Positions 37,401 to 49,399 of a stretch of DNA of 64,000 nucleotides are shown piece by piece. The stretch's first letter is position 1. Every line of letters begins with the position of its first letter. Below the pieces are notes generated by a model. That model had not been told where the DNA came from. It did not search any database and worked only from the letters and a program-made list of their open reading frames with translations. The stretch covers positions 1-64,000 of the forward strand of contig JALMLS010000320.1 in NCBI GenBank assembly GCA_038496445.1, in the 5' to 3' direction. Origin of the DNA: Trichosphaerium sp. ATCC 40318 (taxonomy: Eukaryota > Protista > Tubulinea). The position numbers and the translations under genes were made by a program.

Positions 37401-39541
37401 TAACATACCACCCTGTACGTTTTATCCTCGTATTTGTAGTACTGCTGTGTTTACTGCTTTAGCAAACCCACGTGATTTTTTTTGTCTTTTTTTTCTTTTT
37501 TTGTTACGGTGTCCATTGTATTAATTTATTACTAGAATGTTGCTTTGAATGCTCTTGTTGTATGGGTACTTCTTCTATGCGATGGGTATTGGCTGAAGTC
37601 AGTGTCTGAGCATGGCTGGGAAGATGCAGATTTTTATATGTTCAAGAACTTGCTCAGGATAAAATCAACGAAGGATTACCTCAATGTCATGTCACACAGG
37701 GATGTAAAGACTCTCAAAGGGTTCAAATCAAGTAAAAACGACATTCTACAAAGTACGTATTTCCCATACAACCAAAGAGTAATGTATTACGATTGTTGTA
37801 TGCAATTAAAACTTACTTGTTGTTTGAAGAGCTCTTTGGCGACCTTGGACGAGAAACTAATACTAGTTCACCCGTTTTTAGCATTTGTAGATATGTACCA
37901 AACGTTTGTAATGATAGTATATGCTCTTTATCTAATGCAGAACCATACAAAAGGTAAAAATAAGTGAGCAACTTAAGCGCTTACTTTCTTCTCTAGGAAA
38001 TTAATATCTTTGCTCTGTTTTATCTTGAGGAGCGCACCAAAGCACTTATACAATGCTATGGATAGTAATACTGACATTACAAAGGCATTACCTCTCTTGG
38101 AGGAATTGATTGAAGAAACAGAGTACGCTAAAGACACCATACCATTTTTTAATGTTGTATTACAGTGTACAATCAAAAGAAATGCAAGATCAGTACTCAG
38201 ATATATTTTACGGTATATCATATCTTCCTTATAACCAAGACATGCAATTATCGGGTATTCTGGTATGTTTCGTTTTTTTATGCAAACAGTTTGAATAGCT
38301 GCCATGTTTGATTTCTTTTTTGCTAAAAAAAAGTTTCAGGTTAAAATATTTATGAAAGTACTACTTCACTCACCTGCTACTTTCTCTGATCTTATTAATC
38401 AAAACTCTAATATGTACGTAATTTCATGTGTTGCTATTTTACAGGTTCATTTTTTTTGTTATTAATGCTAGTATAGGCGAGAAATGATAGCATTAAGGCT
38501 ATGGTTTGTTGAAAATATTTTTATAAACATGCTCCAAGCTAAGAACAAAGGATATGTTGTAGTGACTATAAAGTGCTTTACAGAAGCCTTTAAAGGATAT
38601 AAAGCGTCTGATGAAGAAGCTGATATAATATTCAAGCACATAGGAACACATGTACAGCTTAAGGCACGTTTTGTTTTTCATTGCAATATATCTCAGTTTT
38701 TTCTTTAAATAGTTCACTTAACAAACACGTGATACTACCTGCAGCTGATAAATTTCATATTCTAGGCAACACCACCAAATATTGGTGTTCTCACAGAGGG
38801 TATAAAACTTGTGTCAATGTTGATATCACAAAAGGTACTATCCACTAAAAGAAACGTTTGGTTATCTCAATTCTTTCAAAAAAACAAAAGGGCTTTTTCG
38901 TTTTGGTTTTTATTGCCTTCTTACTCCAAAATATTTGCTCTGAGTGTTTTTTGATTGGATAAGATTGTGAATGAAGTGAGATCATTCTAATTAATATATT
39001 TTTCTTCTAGATTACACCAAATGAATCAATGAAAAACGCCGTTTCTTCTATTTTCCGTCTTGGCACAGTTTTTCTTATTGCTCGATTATTTTCTGATAAT
39101 GGTCCCCAACACCTCAAGAAATTACGTAAGGAGGTTCTATCTGGTGTAAAGAGACGTGATAGATCTAACAATGGGTTTTTGGATACGAGTGTATCAAGTA
39201 TGCTTGAGAAACTTCAGACGAATACACATGTTTATAATGCATTCGCTCAAAGACATTTGGTTGATGACCTTCTATCTCAAGCATTATATGAACTATCACA
39301 TTCCTGTTCTTCTTTAGGTCTTATAGGGGCTTCTTACTATACAAAGGTTTATAAGACATTAGTTGATGAGATACCTGAAGAGAAGAGAAAAATTAAAAAT
39401 AATATGGAAAAAATCATATCATCTTTGAGTGGAAGTTTTACTCAGCCATTGTCATCAAATGAAATATCTATCAAAAAAGAAAATACTGCCAAGAAAAAGC
39501 AGAGTAATCAAACTCTAGCTAGTTATTTTAAGCCGTTGTAA
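34462..39541 (+). CDS. Large alpha-helical protein, possibly MMS22-like (many exons)
   Basis: About 20 GT-AG-bounded exons. Segments DLMWLLLKI..YWTII, WLFLHKLVSY and LFNYY loosely recall MMS22L. The C-terminus NQTLASYF is PIP-box-like. Confidence 0.45.
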
Positions 39542-40005
39542 AAAAAATAGTACAATAACAAAAGATAAACCCACCTTGTTTATATTGAGAACCATTCCAC
39601 TTGCTAAAGATAAATAGCTAGGTTGACTGGTTTGACTTAGTTTCTTACTCAACATTGACTAACACAACACGTGCAAACAATAAGAATTAACAGATACATT
39701 CCTTATTAATCAAAAGGTAGAACAATAAACTGTTTTGGACGCACATGAATTCTCAAACGATGCTCTATCTCAATTCTAATTTATTGCGAATCGCTCGATA
39801 GACAAACGAATAGATTCACCGCCACAGTTCTATTCCGTGGTTTAATATTGTACTCATTTGAATAAGGATAGAACGACTAGGTTAAGTACGGCTGCTACGA
39901 GGTTTGTCAAACTCGATTTGTAGTAAATCAAAGTTATCTAATGACCAAAGGCTTTTTGAATTGAAATGAATTTATTGTACGGACAATATCATACAATTAT
40001 CTGTC

Positions 40006-41333
40006 TCACTCGCTCACCTTCACACAAAATTTTACAGTCACATAGGGTGGTAAATTGTTGTGCGGTTTTCCTTCTCCTGCTGCATTGACCACTTGTTGAG
40101 CACCTTGCGAAGGCCCTCCATTGCCAAGTACCCATCCGCTAATACCTCCGCCTTTGTGTCTTGGTGACGTTACATAAGGATTGTGTGAGTGTGATGGCAT
40201 TTCTTGAATAGTCAGCCTGTGTTGTTTTTCTCCTCCAAGTTCTCCCAGTTCAGAACTGCCAGCGCCCATCAAAAATCTATCAGCTGAGTTTTCCAACTCT
40301 ACCCAACCTTCAGGGCATTTTGATAGCTTGTGAACGGTTAGTATACCATCTTCCACAACTGTGGATATTTTACGGTTTAGCGAGTCCCATTCTATTTGCC
40401 TTAAGGTTTGTGATACAGTCTACACAAAGACGTAAGCAAAGTAAATAGAACTCAACGAATACTGAAAAACAAAAATAGTTTCACCTGCGCAAAAAGGGCT
40501 TTGTTGACTTCTTTATCCCATTCCTCCAATATTCTTACTTGTTGTTGCATCTTATACACGCTGTAAATGCTTGCTACACCAGCTACTAAGGTAACAATAA
40601 CAAGAAAGATCACAACAGAACGCCAAATACAAGTGTATTTTGCTTGCGAACAAAGTTCCTTTTTGTCGAAATAGTCTTCGCTTTCGTTCATATTGACGGG
40701 TTGCATCCTGACAGTATTGGTATAATTACTAGAGCACAGAGCATCCTTGGTCGCGCATATAACCGTGCATATAACCACAACGAAACAAATTATTGCAACC
40801 GACAAGATAATCTTATTCCCAAGCAAGTCCATATGAAGAAACGCCTTGTCGGCAATATTCTCCAAGCTAAAAACCAAGTAAATAATAGTAACCACGTGCA
40901 GTTTTGTTGTACGTATCAGTGACAGTCCCTGCCGTTTTCTCCATACTGGCAGTAAAAGTATTGACTGCTTTGACGACATTCTAACAAAGCGCACGTTAGT
41001 ATTGAAGAGTTGTTTCGTCATTATTAGCGCAATGTTCGTTACAGTAGACGTTACCTCTGATGCGTTTTCGCCAACTTTTTTGGCAGCAGTAATCATCCCT
41101 TGTATAAGTTGGTTAACCGTCTCAATCTCTCCGTTCTCGAAAGCAGTGAATAACTGATCCATCCGTTGATTAAATTCGCGAGCTTCTTTGGTAGCGTCAG
41201 CAATATTCGCATTAAACTGGATAATCTGTCCTTTTATGTCATTGGCCTGTTTCTTCAGCCCACCAAGGAATGATGGCATCGCAACACCAGAAAGAAGTAC
41301 CAAAATGAGGATTTGTATCTTTATTGTAGGCAT
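40006..41333 (-). CDS. Signal-peptide/coiled-coil membrane protein with C-terminal phage tail-collar (MdpB-like) domain
   Basis: CPEGW...RFLMGAG...GGEKQHRLTIQEMPSHSH...GEGKPHNNLPPYVTVKFCVK, preceded by two hydrophobic TM segments. Introns are present. Confidence 0.8.
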
Positions 41334-42090
41334 TGTTGTCACTGCACGCGATACAACGTTTGTTAGCTAACTGATCACGCTTTGTGTCGCAAAAATTTGG
41401 GTTAAGTCCTATTATGGTTCACGGTACAGAATGGCGTTCCAGTCCAATACGTGAAAGTGTACAGAAACTTCTCCCAGTCGAATAAGATATGCTATGGATA
41501 TCTGGATGCTATTTTCAAATAAAACTAAATTAAATGTGCAAGATTTTTACACTTCGTAAGAACGTTATTAACACAAAAACTTTCGTGTCCTAAAACGGAC
41601 TCTAACCATGCTATGGGTAAAAAACATGTGTATACGAATACACTACAGTGCCATTATCGCTGCTGTGGTTTTTTTGAACCAAAATCCATCAAACAGCGAA
41701 CCGCAGGTACAAAAAACACACTTTCATGTTAGTGTGGTTAGCGCTAATACAGCCACACCATTTTAGCGCTGATTTGGACTTAAAGCTGTTATTAACGTCT
41801 TGTAAAATAAAGTGATTCCTAAAAGAAGTTACAGTTTAGTACAGACGATCATGATAAGCATCACATGATTGATGCAAAATACGTTATTAAAATTTTTTTT
41901 TTTTTGTAGTAGCACTTTGGTTGTAAGTGTTTACGTAAAACGATTTAATGTGATGTATACTGTATAATACAATTTTATGTTCTTTATTGGTACACGTTTT
42001 TTTTTTTTGAGTTGTTTGTGGTTTTTTTTTCTTTTGTTTTATCATGAATCCGTTAATTTTTATTCTTTTGATTCTTATTTTTTTCTTAGC

Positions 42091-45000
42091 TCAGCTTTTA
42101 TCTGTTTTTTCTTGAATCTTCTGCTCATACATGGTTAACCTTAGTTTTTGTCTAACACGCAATAATCGCACAAGTGTCTGTTCAGGTGTCTCACCCTATA
42201 AAATAGCAAGAATCTTAGTAAAACGAAGACAAAAAAAAAAAAGAAACAACGTATTAATGATTGTTTTGTCTAGTTTCCATTGTAGTTGCTTTTGTGCACA
42301 TACCTCTATTGTTACTACATGTGGCCCAAAGCATTGTCTAATTTGTTCATCTGTAGGACCGTCGGCACCATATCTGTATAATATTTCGCTCGCAATATTA
42401 AAATCGCTGTTCATGTTCATTACCTACTTCTATTAGTACTTTCTTGTTATAGTAGTAATTTGGTGATAAACAGCACCATGGTAATACATACAAGTGTGAC
42501 TAAATCTACATCTTGGGCGTCTATGACTTGCGGACAGTCTACCTCTTCAGTGACATTTATAGATAACGTGAATTGGTATTTATGGAAAATCTGTGAAAAA
42601 GTTAGATGCGTTAACAGTGCTGTTAGCACTCTCACGTGGTATACGTACTTTCAACATGTTGTCACCATACTTGGCCACCATATCTTTGATGATAGCACGA
42701 TGTTCGAACAAGAGAGGTGACTAGAGATGAACGTAAGCAACGTCACGAGTAGGTAAAGAAAACCAAAACACTTACCTCCGCTTCTCGCTCTTTGAAGTGT
42801 TTTACACCATTTTCACCTGTTTTATTGGTAATACCACACTCCCATTTTATGAGATCCAACTAAAAATAGATGTTACAAAGAGATAAAGAGCAAACAAACC
42901 AACGAAATTAACAAGGAACACAAAAAAAAAATAACGTACAGAATCCAAAGTGTTTGTCAAAATTGTCATATCATTAGGAGATACAGTCACCTAAAATCAA
43001 TTAAATTTTGCACCTAAAATAGCTTGTAGAAATATAGAATATATTAGGGCATAGTTACACTGTTACAAGTTGCAGCGAAAAGCGTCAAAAAAAATTCACG
43101 GAGAAGAAAGGTGCTATGTACCATGTGAACTATTGGATGTTTTTCGTGCATTAATTGCTCTACGATTTCTCCAGTATTTACATCATATACACAAACATTA
43201 CCTTTTTCAGATCCTAAATAACAAAAAAAAAGAGTTAGAGCTAGTCAGTCACGTGCTTTCTTAAAGATCGGAAGGGACAAACGGGTAAAAAAAAGAGAAA
43301 AAAAGTGCTTACCAACGACAACATGTTTATCGTCGTTAAACAGACGAGAAGCAATATTATAATCTCTACATTCATGCCCCTTGTAAACTTTTATGCACTG
43401 CGCTGGTGTACTACAATAAATAACATGAGATTAAAGCAAAGTGACTGTTAACAAAAAAACACCAAACTTTTTCCGTACTCTGTGTCTGTAAACATTTTCC
43501 GCCAATCATAGAGTTTAAGTGTACTATCACGTCCATTTGTTATGAATTGCATACCATTTTGTAAAAAATGCAATGCATTAATCTTTGCACTGTGTGCTCT
43601 CATCTTAATTACCTCACTAAAAAGCACAAGTAAACAGCAAGCACAAGTTGCTTAAGGTAAAAGGCTGATAAAGGACTACTATACAGCTGTATCTTTTGCT
43701 CAACTAAAACAAAACAAACTCAATCATACCTACTACGCCCATTCCCTACTACACGGAGATCCTGAAGATAAACAAGTCAGCACCAAAAAAATAATCAAGG
43801 AGTAAAAAAAAAAGAATAACAAGATTCTCACCCAAACTTTAACAATGCCGTTACGTGCGCCTGTGATAAACTCTGGAGAGAGTGGTCTAAAATCTATACT
43901 ATTTACAGAATTCATAGCATCCTAATTCATGCTTTAATATATCACCAAGGTAGTATTGGGTGTAACTTACGCCTGGATCCTCGTGGGCGTTTTTTATTGA
44001 AAAAAGTAATGTTGGCACTTCTAGATCCCATCCGTATAAATCTGGTTTTATAGACCCAGCAAGTAGCACGCTACCATCACAACTAACCTTGAGGCTGCGT
44101 ATCCATTCTAGAATAAGGATCATTAGAATTATACCGTGATTTTTACACGCAAGCAAATATTCGAAAGAAAAACAACAAATTTCGTTTTGGCACGTGGATA
44201 TCCAAAAAGAAACAACACACCACAACACTAAAAAGAGGCGCATAAAATAAATAGTAAGGTATTTGATACTACAGATGGCAAAACGGAACAAGAACTGACT
44301 TGTTTTTTTGTTTAGTTCAAAAACAATTAAACAAAAAAAACATCAAAAAAATACACTTCAAGTACCATTGTGGTCCTTAAGGACATGATTAACTTTCCAC
44401 CCTTTTACATCATCACCACCTCCATATAAACAAATAGTCTTATCTAAGCTAGCTAGAAGAAAAAAACGTCAACAACGCAAACTGCAAAAAAATTGTAAAA
44501 ACATCATGTTTTGAGGAGTCGTTGAAAACCATACTAGTAACGTCATTAATGACTTCTTGATGTTTTTAGGATGACGAATAACAATTAAAAAAAATCGCGA
44601 AATTTTTGAGTTTTAAAGAGACGTAACCTGTGATCAAACCACCTGAGTACCACTCCACGCCTGAAATAAACTCCTACGAATAAGTTTTAGGGCGATTTGT
44701 TCACATTTTTCGAACGGAAATAATACCCTGTGATCTTCAAATGACGTGAGGGTTTCTCCTGTATGCCCATGAAGAATTAACAGCTTGTCGGCTATTAAAA
44801 TGTGTAAATAAAGCTTTTGGAATATTGTGTTCAATACCAGGCGCAACTGCCACCTTGTCGCCGTCTTTGTTAAATTCAACTGCAAACAAGCATCCTGAAC
44901 CTTCTAGATCCCAAACATCCGTAATGTGTAGGTTTCGAAGGAGAAGCGATTTTATAACGCGTTTACGGCTTTAATTGTGTTACTGGACAGTTTATTAATA

Positions 45001-45098
45001 CTATCTGTGCGTACTTTAAACAATTATGTGTTATTGGGCTATTGAGTAATCTGCGGTGTAATTTACACTCACGAAGGTTCGATGACGCGTGCATTATG
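42091..45098 (-). CDS. WD40-repeat protein with uncharacterised C-terminal region (multi-exon)
   Basis: WD repeats HNEWIRSLKVS..LYGWD, NSIDFRPLSPEFITGARNGIVKVW, HSAKINALHF...DSTLKLYDW and KVYKGH. Confidence 0.7.
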
Positions 45099-45983
45099 TT
45101 TTAAAACGCAAAAACCTCGTGTTGATCGCCAGGGCAGCAAAGCTTATAGGAACTGTAAAGCGTTAACGTGTTGTGTTACGTCTGTTGAATAGCAGAGAAA
45201 ACAACAAAACAATAAGTCAATGAGAATAAAACTCGGCCAGTGTCACTTTTAGACAGTTGAACACAATAATATAGACTACCTACGCAACGTACAAGAGACC
45301 TTGTACAAAACTCAGTTAAGTCAGTACTGTTCTAGTTCAGGCAGATTGCACAGTTTTTAAAAACGGTTATCTTAGTTAACGTACAACCTGTTCCGAACTT
45401 TTAGTAATCGCATTAACTCATAGCATACACTGCCATATAGTAATTGATGGGGTAATACGCGACATTTTATAAACGATACCAAGGAAGCATTCATTTTGCA
45501 AGTATTCTTTGCAAACACTTTAATGGAAGTACCCACAACCGCGGAAAATCCATTTTGCCAATTCCTAAACTTGTAACGAAGATGACTATTCATTCAAATG
45601 ACGTACCCGTTGACGAAGGGGAAGAAATACCAAAGACACAAATTTGATGCTTTCTTTGGTGGATTCAAATACAAACACGCTAAAATCGAACTTGACCAGG
45701 AGTTCTTTGTCCGAAAGACAATCTTTGTAGTTTGAAAGCAGATAAGGAAGAAAGAGTCATAAGTATATACATTGGTGAGAAACCACCTGCTGGTTATTTA
45801 CAACAGAATTCGAAGTTCTGATCGAAAAGCTACTGTCTATTGTGTTGCTGAGGTTGTTTAACTGACACTAAAATATGACTAACGTAAAGGCAATCATGTG
45901 ATACCCTTACCGTGTAACAATAAACACGTGATCACCAATAACTGTGCTTGTTGTGTTGTGTATGTAACTCCTAATACATGTAG

Positions 45984-46482
45984 ATCAATCACTCTAGAAG
46001 TTGAGCCATCAGATACAATCGACAATGTCAAGCAGAAAATCCAAGATAAAGAAGGTATCCCTCCAGATCAGCAACGTCTTATTTTTGCCGGAAAGCAACT
46101 TGAAGACGGTCGTACCCTAAACGATTACAACATCCAAAAAGATTCCTCACTTCATCTTGTACTCCGCCTACGTGGTGGTATGCAGATCTTTGCAAGAACT
46201 CAAACTTGGTACGTAAATTGTTCTTCTTGCCACAAAATTGCTTGTGTTACTATACCAAACTCTTACTAACTTCTTTCAATAGTAAAACAATTACCCTTGA
46301 GGTAGAGCCATACGACACGATCGGTGAAATTAAGCGAAAGATCCAAGATAAGGAAGGAATCCCTCCAGATCAACAGCGATTGTTCTTCGCTGGTAAGCAA
46401 CTTGAAGATGGTCGTACTCAGCGATTACAACATCAAAAACGAGTCAACTCTCAGTCTTGTTCTCCGTCTCCGTGGTGGCTAA
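45984..46482 (+). pseudogene. Divergent tandem di-ubiquitin; first unit lacks its MQIFVKT exon, second unit frameshifted
   Basis: [59 protein letters not shown]. The second unit has CGTACTCAGC instead of CGTACTCTCAGC (~46416), and the shifted frame ends LRLRGG*. Confidence 0.6.
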
Positions 46483-46714
46483 GAATTTACTGTGCTCTAA
46501 TTCGTTGTAACATCAATGTACATAATACACTAGTTTGTAAATAAAACAATTACACATGCATTTTAGATGGCATTTGGCATGCAAGAAAAACTCTAGTTTG
46601 GTTTTACATGCAACAAGATTTTAAACACGACACAGTAAAACTTATAGGTTATGAATAGCATAAGGGTACTAGTATTGAAGACTCAACCAAAGCATGAGTG
46701 ATTTTTATTGTTTA

Positions 46715-49166
46715 TCAAACTGTTTTTACATAAGGGTATCTTAAAGTTTGGATAGCATGTGCTGGAATGTTCATCTGGAAAAACTCCTTTTTTGTTGTAT
46801 CTTCTTGAACCTGGTATTCAACAGATTTTTCTCCTTTGTTCATTACAACAAGAATAACTTCATCACCAGAAGGTGACAAGAATGCTATTTAAAACAAGTT
46901 AATCTCTTGCGCATAGCATTTAAGCAACTTTTTCTCGATTTAAGGACGAAGTTCTAGAGTTTAAACGTGCCTGTTGAGAGTAGTGTAGCATTAAAAGATG
47001 TATTAAATACTGTGTTTACCCGTGTTGCGCCAGGACGAATGTACTTCCTAGAAGAGAAGCTTAGAAGACGCGCAAAACTAAAGCATAAAAAAACGCAATT
47101 CGCACGTGAAGTGTCCCATGTAATAGTATTGTATCTCAAAGGTTACTTTTTGGAAAGTAGTATCAACGCGGACTGGAGCATCACAAGGGCCTAAAGCATG
47201 TTGTGGTCCTCCTACAAGATCTAGAACTAGGTTCCAGTGAACCCAACCAACAGCATGATTATTAAGATCATTTATAATATCAGCCCCATAGTTCTCTCCG
47301 TGATGCCAGTTTTTCAATAGTGTGTACCATCCTACACATTGTATAAGTACAAAACAAGCTTAATAGAAGATTGATTTGAACGAACCGTTTGTAGCTTCAG
47401 TAGCTAGTAGGAACTTGTCTGGAAATGCATTTGCTGTTTTAGCGAGATTGTAATAGTATCCATTTTTATACCTATACAAGCACGTGAGTCAGTATTAGAT
47501 TTTTTAATTTACGCGCTGTACCAATGGAAAGCTAGTCCGTCAATGTATTGTGCTGCTTTAGGGTCGCTAAGTACAACTTGAGCCCAGTCAAAAATATGAT
47601 CTCTTTGGTCGTCATAGATCTAGCAATAAAGAAGATCAATACCTTAGCTCAGGCAGAAAACAAAGCTGAGTAGCTTCTCATTATTCTCTTTTTGTTACGT
47701 ACCATTATTTTAACGTTTGGATGGTCAGCACGCATACGTGGACCAAGATAATCACGAACAAAATCTCTTTCATTTGTTGCATTAAACACACAACTTTCGA
47801 ATAAAAAGTTATTGTTATGTGGTTCATTCTGTACTGTAAGTCCCCAGAAGTTAATACCTTCGGCTTTGTAAAAATCTACAAACTAAAGCAAAAAGATTAT
47901 AAAAAAGAAGAAAAAAACCGGAATCAAACAGATTAAGGTATTTTTACCGCTGGCTTCTGTATTGATTGGACAATGAAGTGTATTGGAATCTTACCTTCGA
48001 AAAATACATGGCATAAGAAGTAAAGATCTTAGGGTCTTGGATAAGTCCAGGCTTATCACTAGTTATCATACGATCGTTCTTTTTCATCCAAGCTGGAGAA
48101 GACCTAAATAAACATTATTTTAAATATCTTTAGTAAAACGCGCAAAATGTCAGATTCGGCAAACCTCTTCAAAAGGAAAGAATGTGCAAGAGCACTCACG
48201 CAATTCACAAAAGAAATGGTGTTGAAACAAAATCAAGTGAGACGATGGGTACGGTACCATGGAGAGAAGAAAAACAAAAATGAGTCAGGGTCAGGAACAA
48301 CCTCCAATGCAGCCTTACATAAAGGAATTAGTAACAATCATGTGCACGCACATCTTGTGTACCTTTACGAATGGAATGATGTACTTTTTATCTTTCTCAA
48401 TGTTAAAGTATTTGAGTTCATAATCATGCTTGACATCGTCCTAGATATGCTTAGTTATGGTAAATGGTAGGCATGTTCCGGAATATCAAATTTATGATAA
48501 GCAACGAGCGCTCCATAAGCACCAACAAGCTCCTTAGTATAATTCTTCAAATACGCAATAAAAACAATGTCTTTTTTTGGGTTTTTGTAAAAAACTGCTG
48601 ACGTACTTCGCTGTAAGTGCCCTGCTTTGTGAAATCGCAACTACCCATTGGAATACGTCCCATATTGTAGTTAAGACCTAAAAAAGGTGTACGTTACTTA
48701 CAAAGCTTTTGTGTCGTTTTGTTGTACCTTCTTCGCTAAAATATGCATCGATAATGCGTTTTCTAATCTTATGGTTCATGACACTCCACACCTACGTTTT
48801 AGAGTGTCAATTACACTGAATCACATGTTGTTGGTGTATGTAGGTGCATACGTAGCCTGCAGAGTCAGTGAAAGCACCTCCCCATCCAGTTATTTTTTGG
48901 AATTTGGTGGAAACATCAATAGCAATAGAGGGAAGTGATGAGTTGCTACGTAGAAATAAATATGGCTATTTAAAGCAAACGCGGACGTACTATGCTGTTG
49001 TGAACGTTTTTGGCGCTAGAACCTTCCACATATGTTTGTCGTCTTCCTTTGACGATTCTACAATGGTAACGGCGGCCAAAGCGCTAAACCGATCAATAAA
49101 CATTAAAATAACCTGTACGCACACTGACAGAATGCATGCGAGTACAAGCAACGATGATTTCACCAT
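46715..49166 (-). CDS. GBA: Glucosylceramidase, glycoside hydrolase family 30 (multi-exon)
   Basis: Signal peptide, GRIPMG, SPAWMKKN, WGLTVQNEP (acid/base), LATEA (nucleophile) and GWVHWNLVLDLVGGP. Confidence 0.92.
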
Positions 49167-49399
49167 AGTGAATCAGTACAAATCGAAAAGTAGCCGGAAT
49201 AAGTGATTCAGAGATAAGCACGGAATAACTTAACAAAACTGAAAAAAGGTGAAATTTCAAGCAGCTTACTCGTTCACTCCATTATTCTCGTCAAGTTTGT
49301 TATGAAGAAGATATTGTTGTGTGTAAGCTTTATGTTCGGTCTTTATTTACAAATGTACAGTTTGTTTGTGGTATCATTATAGGTGTTTTTCCTGTTTTT

